This document shows, in pieces, positions 39,147 through 49,043 of a DNA stretch of 64,000 nucleotides. Positions within the stretch are counted from its first letter, which is position 1, and each line of letters starts with the position of its first letter. This DNA comes from Bacteroidota bacterium (GTDB lineage: Bacteria; Bacteroidota; Bacteroidia; AKYH767-A; 2013-40CM-41-45): the NCBI GenBank assembly GCA_003389385.1, contig QQVM01000022.1:68490-132489 (forward strand), given 5' to 3'. Made by a program: the position numbers and the translations under genes. Below the pieces are notes generated by a model. The model worked only from the letters and a program-made list of their open reading frames with translations, had not been told where the DNA came from and made no database searches.

Positions 39147-39268
39147 ACTTCGACGGACATCCGTCCCTTGTTTTTGTACCGTGGATTTTCATTCAAAACA
39201 CTTCGTCGGACTTTAGTCTTTTGTTTTACTTATAACGCTTCGACGGACTAAATTCCGTCGAAGTGTAA
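39147..39268. repeat. Array of four copies of a 13-14-nt dyad motif, ACACTTCGACGGA(C). Three are direct and one inverted. The last two form a 10-bp perfect hairpin, CTTCGACGGA-ctaaat-TCCGTCGAAG.
   Basis: Copies at 39147, 39198 and 39236 are direct, and an inverted copy lies at 39254-39268. The first copy also forms a short hairpin followed by a CTTGTTTTTGT tract, which may terminate the gene ending at 39145. Confidence 0.6.
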
Positions 39269-39424
39269 GTTTGCGACGTAGTTCGGCGCAAGAAGCTTTC
39301 TGTTATAATACGAATGCTGTTACTCGCCTTAAACTACGCCGAGCAGAGGAAGAAAGCAGGGATGTAATGGATCCGAAACCGAGAGACTGAGGCCCCCGAA
39401 AGAGATCAACATGCGTTGCTCTGA

Positions 39425-39892
39425 TTACTCTGCCCGTTCAATCCGTATGCCTGCATCCATTATCTGGGGAAGGGGGTTCACGCGCATGGCTTGCTGCAGC
39501 TCGAAGGTGTATGTGCCCGCCACGGGAAAACGAAAATTCTTTTTAAACAGGATGCGGTTGTCCCAGATATCGCCCATGCCGTCGCCCATCCAGCGTCCTG
39601 ACTCGTCGGCGAGCTGTATCTCTACCGTATCCCTGGCGATCATGCTGTCAGGCGTGATGGTGTTCATGAACAGAAAAAGGTTGCTGAACTGATAGCCCGA
39701 AGCATTTCTGACGTTGATGTAAAGATTCAATGGAGTCACTGTATCCGGTATTTCAGCCTGAAGACGGATGATGTTGTCCTGGTACCAGCGATTCTCCGGG
39801 ATTCGGATATTGTCCTCAAAAATCACTCTGCTGTCGCAGGACACCAGAATGAAGGAGGAAAGAAAAAGTATGGCAAGAATCCTGATATTCAT
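39425..39892 (-). CDS. gldH: Putative gliding-motility lipoprotein GldH.
   Basis: A 155-aa lipoprotein (MNIRILAILFLSSFILVSC) lying immediately downstream of the PSP1-domain gene and holB. I recall this synteny as typical for gldH in Bacteroidota. No sequence-level family check was possible. Confidence 0.5.
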   Translation of the reverse strand: MNIRILAILFLSSFILVSCDSRVIFEDNIRIPENRWYQDNIIRLQAEIPDTVTPLNLYINVRNASGYQFSNLFLFMNTITPDSMIARDTVEIQLADESGRWMGDGMGDIWDNRILFKKNFRFPVAGTYTFELQQAMRVNPLPQIMDAGIRIERAE

Positions 39893-39904
39893 ATATATGT
39901 GGTG

Positions 39905-41290
39905 TTACTCAGGTTTTCCAGATTCTCCCTGTCCGCCCTGACCGGTTTTTCTGGCTGGCCTGTTGTCTCTTCTTTCCGGTCTTGGCCGGTTTCCACCTTG
40001 TCCCTGCCTGTCTGGTCTTTGCTGACCCTGCGGACGGTTTTTTTGTACCTGTCCCTGTCTCTCCTGCTGGGCTTTACCTTGTTGACCTGATTCTGCCGGT
40101 GCGGCTGTCTGGGCTTGAGTAGGACCTTTATCTGATTTTTTCTTTTTCTTCTTTTTCTTTTTCTTCTTGTCCATGCGGTCGATGCGGTCTTGTCCGACCA
40201 CATTACCGTAATCAGGCTCGGCAACAAGTTCTTCTTCCATGGATGCATCGCGCAATTCGGCAGGAAGCACTTTCTTTTTATTCAGCGCGATGATTTCGTT
40301 CACGCGGTCTACTGGCAAGGCGACCCAGTTGCCTCCCTCGCCTTCAGAATAATCTTCTTTTTCCTTTTGTCCTGAATCGTGATATGCATACCACATCAAC
40401 CGCTTAAAAATATCTGTCTTTCTGTGGGACGCACGGCCTTTTTCTGTTTCCAGCACAATGTTCGTAGCCGGAAAATCTTTCAGAGCATCCACGTAAGCAT
40501 CGAGTTCATAGTTGAGGCAGCACTTCAGCTTGCCGCATTGCCCGGCAAGTTTCGCCGGATTCAAAGCAAGATTTTGATAACGTGCCGTGCTGGTGGATAC
40601 AGTTTTGAAATCGGTCAGCCAAGTAGAACAACACAACTCTCTTCCGCATACGCCGATTCCGCCAAGGCGGCTTGCTTCCTGGCGCATTCCGATCTGTCGC
40701 ATCTCAACGCGAATACGAAACTCATCCGCCAGCCTTTTAATCAGCTCACGGAAATCCACGCGGTCCTCTGCAGTATAGTAGAAAGTGGCTTTTTTTCCGT
40801 CTCCCTGAAATTCCACATCGCTGAGTTTCATGGAAAGTTTCAGAGACTGAATAATCTCACGAGTTCTGTGGAGCATGGATTGTTCCTTGTCCTTTACTTC
40901 ATACCACTTCTCTATTTCATTTTGTTTAGCTCTGCGGTACAGCGCACGAATGCTGTCTGAATTTTCAGCAACATTTTTTTTCTTCAGCTGGAAGCGCACC
41001 AATTCTCCTACCATGGAAACCACACCTACATCATGACCGGGAGATGATTCCACCGCCACAATGTCCCCGACTTTCAGATCGGCTTCTTCCTTGTTTCTGT
41101 AAAATTCTTTTCTGCTTCCTTTGAAGCGCACTTCCAAAATGTCATATGGCTTCTGACCATGAGGCAGGGTCATATCATTCAGCCAGTTGTACACATTGAG
41201 TTTGTTACAGCCGCCCGTACCGCAAGTGCCATTGTTTCGGCATCCGCCGCTCTTTCCGTCTTTATCTGTCCCGCAGGAATTACAAGCCAT
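39905..41290 (-). CDS. PSP1 C-terminal domain protein (YaaT/RicT-like) with a Cys-rich N-terminus and a long Lys-run plus Q/G/R-rich disordered C-terminal tail.
   Basis: N-terminal MACNSCGTDKDGKSGGCRNNGTCGTGGC. A central conserved PSP1-like region. The tail is KKKKKKKKKKKS...QGQVQKNRPQGQQRPDRQGQGGNRPRPERRDNRP. Confidence 0.7.
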   Translation of the reverse strand: MACNSCGTDKDGKSGGCRNNGTCGTGGCNKLNVYNWLNDMTLPHGQKPYDILEVRFKGSRKEFYRNKEEADLKVGDIVAVESSPGHDVGVVSMVGELVRFQLKKKNVAENSDSIRALYRRAKQNEIEKWYEVKDKEQSMLHRTREIIQSLKLSMKLSDVEFQGDGKKATFYYTAEDRVDFRELIKRLADEFRIRVEMRQIGMRQEASRLGGIGVCGRELCCSTWLTDFKTVSTSTARYQNLALNPAKLAGQCGKLKCCLNYELDAYVDALKDFPATNIVLETEKGRASHRKTDIFKRLMWYAYHDSGQKEKEDYSEGEGGNWVALPVDRVNEIIALNKKKVLPAELRDASMEEELVAEPDYGNVVGQDRIDRMDKKKKKKKKKKKSDKGPTQAQTAAPAESGQQGKAQQERQGQVQKNRPQGQQRPDRQGQGGNRPRPERRDNRPARKTGQGGQGESGKPE

Positions 41291-41395
41291 AAAATATTAA
41301 CCGGATATAAAATTTGCCTGAATGCAAAATTAATGAATTTAAAGGAGATTGTTAATATCTGATAATCAGGCAGCAAGATAAAATCAGCAAAAGCA

Positions 41396-42556
41396 TCAGT
41401 TTGCCCTTAGCAACTTATGGATTTTCAGCGAGAGATCAGTGAAGAGGATTCCCGAATTGGCATTTCTTTCAAGATGATAAATGGCTTCATTCATTTCCTG
41501 ATAGAACGATTCACAGTTATTCATAGTGATGAACTGTGCAAAGCGTGTGAAGTCCTCCAGTTCTTTTCCTTCAATTTTTATCAGCGACTTCGGACCGAAA
41601 TTGATCATCATGCATTCACGGGTGATGTTCAGTGCATGTTGCAATTGTCCTTTTTGAAGTTCGCGTGAGCCAGCTTTGAACTCCTGAGTCAGCCCGCCGA
41701 TTTGAATCATGTTCAGAGTGTAACATGCCCTCATCCAATTCAAATACCACTGGTCGAGGTTTTGTGTTTCTTCTTCATGATTGATCATGCGCAATGCCTC
41801 GCTAAAACTTCCTTCTGCTCTGTGAGCCAGGTGTCTGGCTACAGGAGCTTCTTTTCCGAAATTCTGAACCAGTGCCTCTTCAATTTCTTTTTCACTGAGT
41901 CTTTTCACTTTGATGAGCTGAGTGCGTGATGAAATTGTGGGCATCACCAGGTCATATTGTTGAGACACAAGGAGGAAAACGGTTTTATCCGGCGGCTCTT
42001 CTATGATTTTGAGAAGCTTGTTGGCAGTGGGGGCATTCATTGTTTCAGGCAGCCAGATGATGACAATCTTAAATCCGCCTTCCACGGCTTTCAGGCTAAG
42101 CCTTGCAATGATGTCTTTCGCCTCTTCCACAGCTATGATTCCCTGCTTGTTTTCTATATCAAGCAATTCCACCCAGTCATGGTAGGTGATCCAGGGATTT
42201 TCAAGAACGGCTTCTCTCCATTCAGAAGCGAAATCAGAGCTCTTGGGTTTATCAATTTTTCCTTTGGGTGCAACAGGATAAGTGAAAGTAAGATCCGGGT
42301 GCACAAGCTTTTTCACTTTCACACAGGATGGACAGCTTCCGCAGCTGTCGTCTTCCGATTTGTTTTCGCAGAGCAGATATGAGGCATAGGCAATGGCCAA
42401 GGCAAGATTACCGCAACCCTCCGGTCCGAGAAACTGCTGGGCATGACTGATTCGCCCTTCATTGCAGGCGTGCACAAGCTTTTTCTTGAGCTCCTCATGT
42501 CCGATTACATCCGCGAAACGCATGCGGTAAAGATAAATAATTTTCAAGGCACGCAT
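41396..42556 (-). CDS. holB: DNA polymerase III delta' subunit.
   Basis: AAA+ clamp-loader features: HAQQFLGPEGCGNLALA (Walker A-like), a Cys4 zinc module (CENKSEDDSCGSCPSC) and the SRTQ sensor (ISSRTQLIK). The true start may be MRFADV at 42523. Confidence 0.8.
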   Translation of the reverse strand: MRALKIIYLYRMRFADVIGHEELKKKLVHACNEGRISHAQQFLGPEGCGNLALAIAYASYLLCENKSEDDSCGSCPSCVKVKKLVHPDLTFTYPVAPKGKIDKPKSSDFASEWREAVLENPWITYHDWVELLDIENKQGIIAVEEAKDIIARLSLKAVEGGFKIVIIWLPETMNAPTANKLLKIIEEPPDKTVFLLVSQQYDLVMPTISSRTQLIKVKRLSEKEIEEALVQNFGKEAPVARHLAHRAEGSFSEALRMINHEEETQNLDQWYLNWMRACYTLNMIQIGGLTQEFKAGSRELQKGQLQHALNITRECMMINFGPKSLIKIEGKELEDFTRFAQFITMNNCESFYQEMNEAIYHLERNANSGILFTDLSLKIHKLLRAN

Positions 42557-42649
42557 TTACTTCATCATTCTGTATTCGTGCAGCAGTATGGTAATCAGCG
42601 TATTTGACCTGAATAAAAAAATTGTGGGCGCTTTATATCTTTGCACACC

Positions 42650-43861
42650 ATGAAGACAGTCGCCGATTTCAATTTCACAGGAAAAAAAGTCCTGCTCAGG
42701 GTGGACTTCAATGTTCCGCTCGACAAGCAATACAACATTACCGATGACAGCCGCATTCGCGCGGCGCTTCCCACGATCAACAAGATTCTGAAAGACGGTG
42801 GGAGCGTAGTGCTGATGAGTCATCTTGGAAGACCCTTGAAAAAACTGAAAGAGGACGGCAGTGTAGACAAAGAAAAATTTTCTCTGAATCATACGCTGAG
42901 CAGGATTTCGGAACTACTTGGTCAGAACGTAATGTTCAGCGATGATTGCATCAGTGAGGAAGCATTTCAAAAATCTGCCGGACTTAAGGCCTCTGAAGTA
43001 CTCTTGCTGGAAAACCTTCGTTTCTACAAGGAAGAAGAAAAGGGCAATAAGGAATTTGCTCAAAAGCTTTCAGGACATGGAAACTTTTATGTCAATGACG
43101 CATTTGGAACGGCCCACAGAGCGCACGCTTCTACTGCCCTGATCGCGGAGTTTTTCCCGGGTAATAAATGTTTCGGATACCTGATGGCTGCTGAGATTGA
43201 AAACGCGGAGAAAGTCATGTTCAATGCGCGAAAGCCTTTCACCGCGGTGATGGGAGGCGCAAAAGTGAGCGATAAAATTCTCATCATACAGAATCTGCTC
43301 GACAAGGCCGACAACATCATCATTGGCGGTGGTATGGCATACACTTTTTTCAAAGCCATGAACGGTGCTATCGGCTCGTCGCTGGTGGAGGAAGACCGTC
43401 TTGATCTTGCGCGCGAACTAATGCAGAAAGCGAAAGAAAAAAACTGCAAACTGATTTTGCCAAAAGATTCTGTCATTGCCGATAAGTTTGACAAGGACGC
43501 GAACACAGGCATCAGCGACAACATGAGCATCGCCGATGGCTGGATGGGACTGGACATTGGCCCGCAGGCAATAAAAGAATTCAGCGAGGTGATCAAGTCG
43601 AGCGGTACTGTGTTATGGAACGGACCCATGGGCGTTTTTGAGATGCAAAAGTTTGAGCAGGGAACCAAAGCTGTTGCGGAAGCGATAGCAGAGGCCACAT
43701 CAACGGGAAGCTATTCACTGATTGGTGGAGGTGATTCCGCGGCGGCGGTGAACCAGTTCGGCTACGCGGATAAAGTTTCTTATGTGTCGACCGGCGGAGG
43801 CGCACTCCTGGAATTCTTTGAAGGAAAAATTTTACCCGGAGTGGAAGCGGTGAATAACTAA
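42650..43861 (+). CDS. pgk: Phosphoglycerate kinase.
   Basis: [12 protein letters not shown]-terminus and GGGDS/GGGA hinge motifs. The ORF opens at 42641, but the start is at MKTVADF. Confidence 0.92.
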   Translation: MKTVADFNFTGKKVLLRVDFNVPLDKQYNITDDSRIRAALPTINKILKDGGSVVLMSHLGRPLKKLKEDGSVDKEKFSLNHTLSRISELLGQNVMFSDDCISEEAFQKSAGLKASEVLLLENLRFYKEEEKGNKEFAQKLSGHGNFYVNDAFGTAHRAHASTALIAEFFPGNKCFGYLMAAEIENAEKVMFNARKPFTAVMGGAKVSDKILIIQNLLDKADNIIIGGGMAYTFFKAMNGAIGSSLVEEDRLDLARELMQKAKEKNCKLILPKDSVIADKFDKDANTGISDNMSIADGWMGLDIGPQAIKEFSEVIKSSGTVLWNGPMGVFEMQKFEQGTKAVAEAIAEATSTGSYSLIGGGDSAAAVNQFGYADKVSYVSTGGGALLEFFEGKILPGVEAVNN

Positions 43862-43870
43862 GCCGGATGC

Positions 43871-44386
43871 TTACTTATTAATACTCTTAATCTCCTCCTT
43901 GATCTTACTCTCCGCGCTTTCCATGATTGGAAGCACAAATGGCGCAGCCTTCATCAAGGGGTAATAAAGTTTTGAGTTTGCTTTGGTGTCCGGTTCAAAG
44001 AAGCGGAATTTCGTATCCAGTTTATTGAAGTAAAAAATGCAGATGCTCAGGATGAGAATGTATTTGCATAAACTGAAAAGCGCCCCGGCGATTTTATTGA
44101 ACATGCCCAGCGCGGCGATGTTCACCAGTCCTTCGAAAAGTTTTGCCAGGAAAAAAATTCCGATAGCCACGGCAAGGAACATGACGAAACCGGAGATGTA
44201 ATAAAGTGTTTTCGGATCCGGGCTGATTACTTTCAGTACGTATGGAGTCGCCAGGTCAGCGAATTTGAAGCCGGCCCACAAACCCAGGAACAAAGCGCCC
44301 AGCACCGCAACTTCATAAATAAAACCTTTCATGAAACCCCGAATGATTCCGACCAGCAGAATTAATCCGAGTACAATGTCGAGCAT
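43871..44386 (-). CDS. cvpA: CvpA family membrane protein (colicin V production protein-like).
   Basis: MLDIVLGLILLVGIIRGFMKGFIYEV N-terminus and four TM helices. Length is 171 aa. Confidence 0.75.
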   Translation of the reverse strand: MLDIVLGLILLVGIIRGFMKGFIYEVAVLGALFLGLWAGFKFADLATPYVLKVISPDPKTLYYISGFVMFLAVAIGIFFLAKLFEGLVNIAALGMFNKIAGALFSLCKYILILSICIFYFNKLDTKFRFFEPDTKANSKLYYPLMKAAPFVLPIMESAESKIKEEIKSINK

Positions 44387-44490
44387 GGATGATTGATTTA
44401 CCCGTGCATAAACGAAAAAAAATGATTTAAGTTATATGTGATTCAAACGCCAATGTGTGAATGGTAGTGGTGATCAATCTCCACATTCCT

Positions 44491-45207
44491 TCACACAATC
44501 CCTCTTTCCTTCTTGATCTGCTCGTATGCGTCGTTAATCTTCTTGAATTTTTCCTGCGCGTCCTGCTGGAATTCCGGTCCGAGGTGATGGACTTTATCCG
44601 GATGAAATTTCATGGCCATCTTACGGTAAGCCTTCTTTAACTCATCGTTGCTGGCGGATTTTTCTATCTCAAGGATTTTGTAAGCCGATCCGGTATCCTT
44701 GATGAACATCGCCTTGATGCTCTCAAAGTCGCGGTGATTCACACCAATGAGTGTGGAGATTTGAGAAAGCACATTCAATTCTTGAGGCCCTACTGATCCG
44801 TCGCTTGCGGCTAGTCCAAACAGGAGATGAATAAGTTCCAGGCGCGAAGCAGGGTCCACATTTTGACGCACTTGCTCGCATACCTGTCCTATCGCGATGT
44901 CCTGCTTGAGGATTTCACGGAAGAGAAGCATGCGATGCTGGGTAACCTGTTCTCCGAAGGTGCGGATGAAAAATCTGCGCACAAAGTCCAACTCTGACAC
45001 CAGTACTTTGTTGTCCGCTTTCATCACAGCAGCACAAAGCACAAGTAGGGCAGCGCTGAAATCGTTTGGTAACAATCGTTCACTCTGCTTGTATTCTTTG
45101 AATCCTTCTTCAGTGATGGAGCCAAGCGCAAATCCGATAATCCCTCCAATTGGTCCGCCCAGCGCCCAGCCCAATCCTCCCAGTATCCATTTATTCCAAT
45201 TCTTCAT
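44491..45207 (-). CDS. djlA: DjlA-like co-chaperone: N-terminal TM segment, TerB-like domain and a C-terminal J domain.
   Basis: The J-domain (YKILEIEKSASNDELKKAYRKMAMKFHPDK) sits at the C-terminus. The N-terminus has a Gly-rich TM segment. The ORF opens at 45252, but the start is chosen at MKNWNKW to avoid overlap. Confidence 0.7.
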   Translation of the reverse strand: MKNWNKWILGGLGWALGGPIGGIIGFALGSITEEGFKEYKQSERLLPNDFSAALLVLCAAVMKADNKVLVSELDFVRRFFIRTFGEQVTQHRMLLFREILKQDIAIGQVCEQVRQNVDPASRLELIHLLFGLAASDGSVGPQELNVLSQISTLIGVNHRDFESIKAMFIKDTGSAYKILEIEKSASNDELKKAYRKMAMKFHPDKVHHLGPEFQQDAQEKFKKINDAYEQIKKERGIV

Positions 45208-45208
45208 T

Positions 45209-46357
45209 TCAGATGGCGGGTAAAATGACGTTTTTTGATTTGAGTAATTCACGGAGCATCCTCATGCTGATCACATCCAGAGTGGCCATGGTTTTTTCAG
45301 TCACCAGTCCCTGCGCCCTCTCCTTAAGTTCTTTCTCAGCGATCATATCAGCGATCATCGCACTGAGTTTTTTACGCTCATACTTTTTATAGATGATGTA
45401 ATTCCTGAGTTCTTCGTTATACATTTTTCTGCAGGAATCATTCAGGTATTTTCTTTCCACATCCATGAATGCAACCGGATTCTTATAATACATATCTACC
45501 AGATCCCAGTGATGATTTTTTTTCTGGTAGTCATCAGAAATTTTGTAGAGCGACCTGTAACGGTAACCTTCTGTATTGGTCACAAAAATATGGTTGTCTT
45601 CATTGATAATTGTCTTCCATCTTTTGTAACCACCCAGACCGTAGTGCAAATAGGTATGATTGAATTTTCGGTTGAGTGCTCGGAACAATTGCAAGTCGAA
45701 ACCGGCAAGGCGGTCGAAGTAACGGTTGCGCAGCGACATCACTTCCATTTTACCATTTCCCATTTCCGCCAGTTTTTTCCAGCCGTGTATCGCTTTCCTC
45801 TCGCCGGGAACTGTGCAGTAAATTGTATTCAGGATTATCTTATTTGCCACCAGTCGCTCAGTCACCCTTTCCACGTCATCCGGACCAAGCCGCACGTCGC
45901 CGTTTCCAACTAGGAAGATTACTTTCAATGCATTCGGATCTTTGCTCCAGCTGATTTTTTTCAGACAAGTGAACAAAGCGGAGCCTACAAACTGATCGCC
46001 TTTTTCTATGCGTGAAGGAATCTTGAATAATATTGCACTCATCTCTTCAAAATCTGTTCCTAGATCACTAATCACTTTTACATAGCCGTTTTTTCTGCCA
46101 TAGCTGAAACGAGAATATGCGACAACGCCAATTCTGTAGTTAACCGCCGGCTGGCAACGACTAAGCATGTACCAGTAATCCCAGATATGATTGCGGAAGC
46201 GGTCGATGAGTCCGTTCGCGCTGCTGCTCAGATCCAGACAAAATACGATGTCAACAGCCTGACCGGTTTTCTCCTGCGCCTTGCTTTCATTTGGAAGGAA
46301 GCAGGAGAGTGCCAGGAAAAAGAGGACAATAAATTTTCGTTGGAAGAGCTCTTGCAC
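45209..46357 (-). CDS. Secreted von Willebrand factor A domain protein.
   Basis: Signal peptide followed by the MIDAS motif DIVFCLDLSSSANG. The gene abuts djlA, with stop and start adjacent. Confidence 0.65.
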   Translation of the reverse strand: MQELFQRKFIVLFFLALSCFLPNESKAQEKTGQAVDIVFCLDLSSSANGLIDRFRNHIWDYWYMLSRCQPAVNYRIGVVAYSRFSYGRKNGYVKVISDLGTDFEEMSAILFKIPSRIEKGDQFVGSALFTCLKKISWSKDPNALKVIFLVGNGDVRLGPDDVERVTERLVANKIILNTIYCTVPGERKAIHGWKKLAEMGNGKMEVMSLRNRYFDRLAGFDLQLFRALNRKFNHTYLHYGLGGYKRWKTIINEDNHIFVTNTEGYRYRSLYKISDDYQKKNHHWDLVDMYYKNPVAFMDVERKYLNDSCRKMYNEELRNYIIYKKYERKKLSAMIADMIAEKELKERAQGLVTEKTMATLDVISMRMLRELLKSKNVILPAI

Positions 46358-46411
46358 AATCGTGTTGATGAGGGCTACAAAAATAGCAAAGACTGAAAAT
46401 TACGGGTAACT

Positions 46412-46780
46412 TTGCAGACTATGGATCAGACTGATTTACAAGCGCTCAGGGAAAAGTGGGATAAGTTGCTCAAAGGACTGGAAAGCAAATTCGGAGAAGA
46501 GCCCGATTTACAGGCGTTTATTTTCCTCATCGGGGTTCAGGAACTGGGACAGGGTCCTGTCAAATATTCAAAGGATGAAAAGCAGGACTTGATGCACATT
46601 GCGGTATGCAGGCTTTTAAGCAAATACGGTTACTATGAATTGGAAGGCCAGGATGAAAACGGATGGCCACATTGGAAGCTTGTCAATAAACTTCCTCCGC
46701 TTACACTAAGAGAGCAGGATCTGCTGCTCAAGCAGGCAGTGATAGATTATTTCGAAGAAGAAGGAGGGATGGAAATCTGA
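46412..46780 (+). CDS. Hypothetical protein of 122 aa.
   Basis: ORF only. No family was recognised. Confidence 0.4.
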   Translation: MQTMDQTDLQALREKWDKLLKGLESKFGEEPDLQAFIFLIGVQELGQGPVKYSKDEKQDLMHIAVCRLLSKYGYYELEGQDENGWPHWKLVNKLPPLTLREQDLLLKQAVIDYFEEEGGMEI

Positions 46781-46789
46781 AACTGAAAA

Positions 46790-47152
46790 TTAAAGCGTGA
46801 CAGTTTTGTACACAGTTTCATGCTGCTTCAGGCGAATAAAGCTTTTTCCTGTATCCTGACCTTTGATCACATCAATGTTGAGAAATGCTTCCAGCTGGAA
46901 AGAGAATTCAGCTCTGCCTGCTGCATCACTGATTTGAGTCTCACGCACTGTCGCCTGGACTCCATTGGTGGAATTGACGGCTGTGTCCTGCCAAAGGGTT
47001 ACCGAAGCTCCCTGTACAGATCTTCCTGCAGAATCGACAACCGTAATGATGGCGATTGAAGGACCGTCTTTCTTGCAGGACATGAAGCTAAGCAGGAGGA
47101 AAATTCCAATGATGATGATGGCGGTGATTCTTCCGCTGCGGTCAGTATTCAT
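46790..47152 (-). CDS. Hypothetical small lipoprotein.
   Basis: Lipobox IGIFLLLSFMSC. The rest of the protein looks beta-rich. Confidence 0.45.
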   Translation of the reverse strand: MNTDRSGRITAIIIIGIFLLLSFMSCKKDGPSIAIITVVDSAGRSVQGASVTLWQDTAVNSTNGVQATVRETQISDAAGRAEFSFQLEAFLNIDVIKGQDTGKSFIRLKQHETVYKTVTL

Positions 47153-47208
47153 TACAGGTTTTTTTTAATATTGTATTTTTGCTCTGAAGCACCAAATTAG
47201 CACAAATA

Positions 47209-47925
47209 ATGAAGTGTTTAACCTGCCTTCTTACGCTCTTTTTGATGATTGGTTCTGGCCTTAACGCTCGGAATAAAGAGAAAAAACGACTGACCGTTCC
47301 TCAGGAAGTCAAAGTAGATCCAGCTGCCGATAAAAGCGACACATTGGTGATGATTTCCACGGAATACGGTGATATGATCTTTGAATTGTTCAAACAGACA
47401 CCATTGCACCGAAGCAATTTTATCAAACTTGTTTCAGAAGGATATTACGACAGTCTGCTCTTTCACCGTGTAATCCGCAATTTCATGATACAAGGGGGGG
47501 ATCCCCTTTCGAAACATGCAGGTCCGGATGAGAACCTTGGTATGGGCGATGTGGGATATACTATTCCGGCTGAGTTCAGTGACACTATCTTTCATAGAAA
47601 GGGTGCGCTCTGTGCCGCAAGGACCGATAATCCTGAAAAAGCATCCAGCGGTTGCCAGTTTTACATCGTCCAGGGACAGGTTTTTACTCCGGAGCAAATG
47701 ACCATGCTTGAACTTCAGCGCGGTCTCCGCCTCAATGAGGCCCAGAGAAAGGTGTACGGAAGTGAAGGAGGAACACCCTGGTTGGATAATAACTACACCG
47801 TCTTCGGTCAGTTGACCGAAGGAATGAATGTGATCGACAGCATAGCTGCACTTGAAACCAAACCTGGCGACAGGCCGGTTAGGGACGTCAGAATGAAGAT
47901 CAGTTTGTTGATCAGGGAGGAGTAA
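47209..47925 (+). CDS. Cyclophilin-type peptidyl-prolyl cis-trans isomerase, exported.
   Basis: FHRVIRNFMIQGGDP and the downstream cyclophilin motifs. An N-terminal signal peptide is present. Confidence 0.88.
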   Translation: MKCLTCLLTLFLMIGSGLNARNKEKKRLTVPQEVKVDPAADKSDTLVMISTEYGDMIFELFKQTPLHRSNFIKLVSEGYYDSLLFHRVIRNFMIQGGDPLSKHAGPDENLGMGDVGYTIPAEFSDTIFHRKGALCAARTDNPEKASSGCQFYIVQGQVFTPEQMTMLELQRGLRLNEAQRKVYGSEGGTPWLDNNYTVFGQLTEGMNVIDSIAALETKPGDRPVRDVRMKISLLIREE

Positions 47926-48001
47926 ATTCAATAATCAATTATTTCAAATTGGATGTATTGATTATAAAAACACATATTTATAATATCAATTAAAGATTTA
48001 T

Positions 48002-49030
48002 ATGCAGGAAAAGATCAGGCCCTATATCGAGGAAGTTGAAAAATTCAACGCGGCTACAAGGGAGGAATTGGATGGTTTCAGGATAAAATTTCTTTCTAAG
48101 AAGGGAATACTGGCGGAGCTGTTTTCCGGGATGAAAGATATACAGGCAGATCAGCGCAAGGAATATGGGCAGATGGTAAATGAGCTGAAGAACAAAGCCG
48201 AGGAAAAGCTGAGTCAGCTGCAAACCCAAATTGAAAATGCTCAGGATTCAAGACAGGCTCATGATCTTGACCTGACCCTTCCTGCAGAACCTATCTATCC
48301 AGGATCACGTCACCCCATCAGCATTACAAAGAATAAAATCATAGAAATCTTTTCCCGAATTGGATTCACTGTGGCTGATGGTCCTGAAATCGAAGACGAC
48401 TGGCATAACTTCACGGCCTTGAATTTCCCAGAAAACCACCCGGCGCGGGACATGCAGGATACGTTTTTCATTGAACAAAAAGGTCCGGATTCCATTGCTC
48501 TGAGAACCCATACATCCTCCGTGCAGGTCAGGGTGATGGAAAACAATAAACCACCTATTCGTGTGCTTTCTCCGGGAAGGGTTTACCGCAATGAAGCAAT
48601 ATCTGCACGCGCTCATTGCTTTTTCCACCAAGTGGAAGGACTTTATATTGATGAAGGCGTTTCTTTCGCCGACATGAAACAAACGCTGCTTTATTTCGCG
48701 AGAGAAATGTTTGGTTCGGGCACGCGCATTCGCCTCCGTCCTTCTTACTTTCCTTTCACAGAACCTTCCGCAGAGATGGATGTGACCTGCAGCATTTGCA
48801 AAGGAAAAGGCTGTAATGTCTGCAAGTACAGCGGATGGCTGGAGATCATGGGTTGCGGAATGGTGGATCCCAATGTACTCGAGAACTGCGGCATTGATCC
48901 GGAAAAATACACAGGATATGCCTTTGGTATGGGAATCGAACGCATTGCCATGTTACTGCACAATGTAAAAGACCTGAGATTGTTTTCTGAAAATGATGTT
49001 CGTTTTCTGAAGCAATTCGCAGCGGAGTGA
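48002..49030 (+). CDS. pheS: Phenylalanine--tRNA ligase alpha subunit.
   Basis: Class II motifs (FRNE-like YRNEAISARAH; GMGIERIAML). Length is 342 aa. Confidence 0.92.
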   Translation: MQEKIRPYIEEVEKFNAATREELDGFRIKFLSKKGILAELFSGMKDIQADQRKEYGQMVNELKNKAEEKLSQLQTQIENAQDSRQAHDLDLTLPAEPIYPGSRHPISITKNKIIEIFSRIGFTVADGPEIEDDWHNFTALNFPENHPARDMQDTFFIEQKGPDSIALRTHTSSVQVRVMENNKPPIRVLSPGRVYRNEAISARAHCFFHQVEGLYIDEGVSFADMKQTLLYFAREMFGSGTRIRLRPSYFPFTEPSAEMDVTCSICKGKGCNVCKYSGWLEIMGCGMVDPNVLENCGIDPEKYTGYAFGMGIERIAMLLHNVKDLRLFSENDVRFLKQFAAE

Positions 49031-49043
49031 TTCTTGCACTGTT

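Noticed and set aside
39330-39365. GGAAGAAAGCAGGG stretch reminiscent of the SRP (4.5S) RNA helix-8 GGAAGGAAGCAGCC motif
   Set aside because: The flanking sequence lacks the complementary UCC/GGA pairing and the conserved AGGUC/GCAGCC symmetric loop. I treat it as a coincidental resemblance.
39889-40248. 119-aa highly basic (K/R-rich) minus-strand ORF
   Set aside because: It is an alternative frame across the poly-Lys/QGR tail region of the PSP1 gene. The PSP1 frame is continuous with the conserved domain.
43087-43698. 203-aa minus-strand ORF antisense to pgk
   Set aside because: pgk is unambiguous on the plus strand. The antisense ORF is an Ala/Ser-rich artefact.
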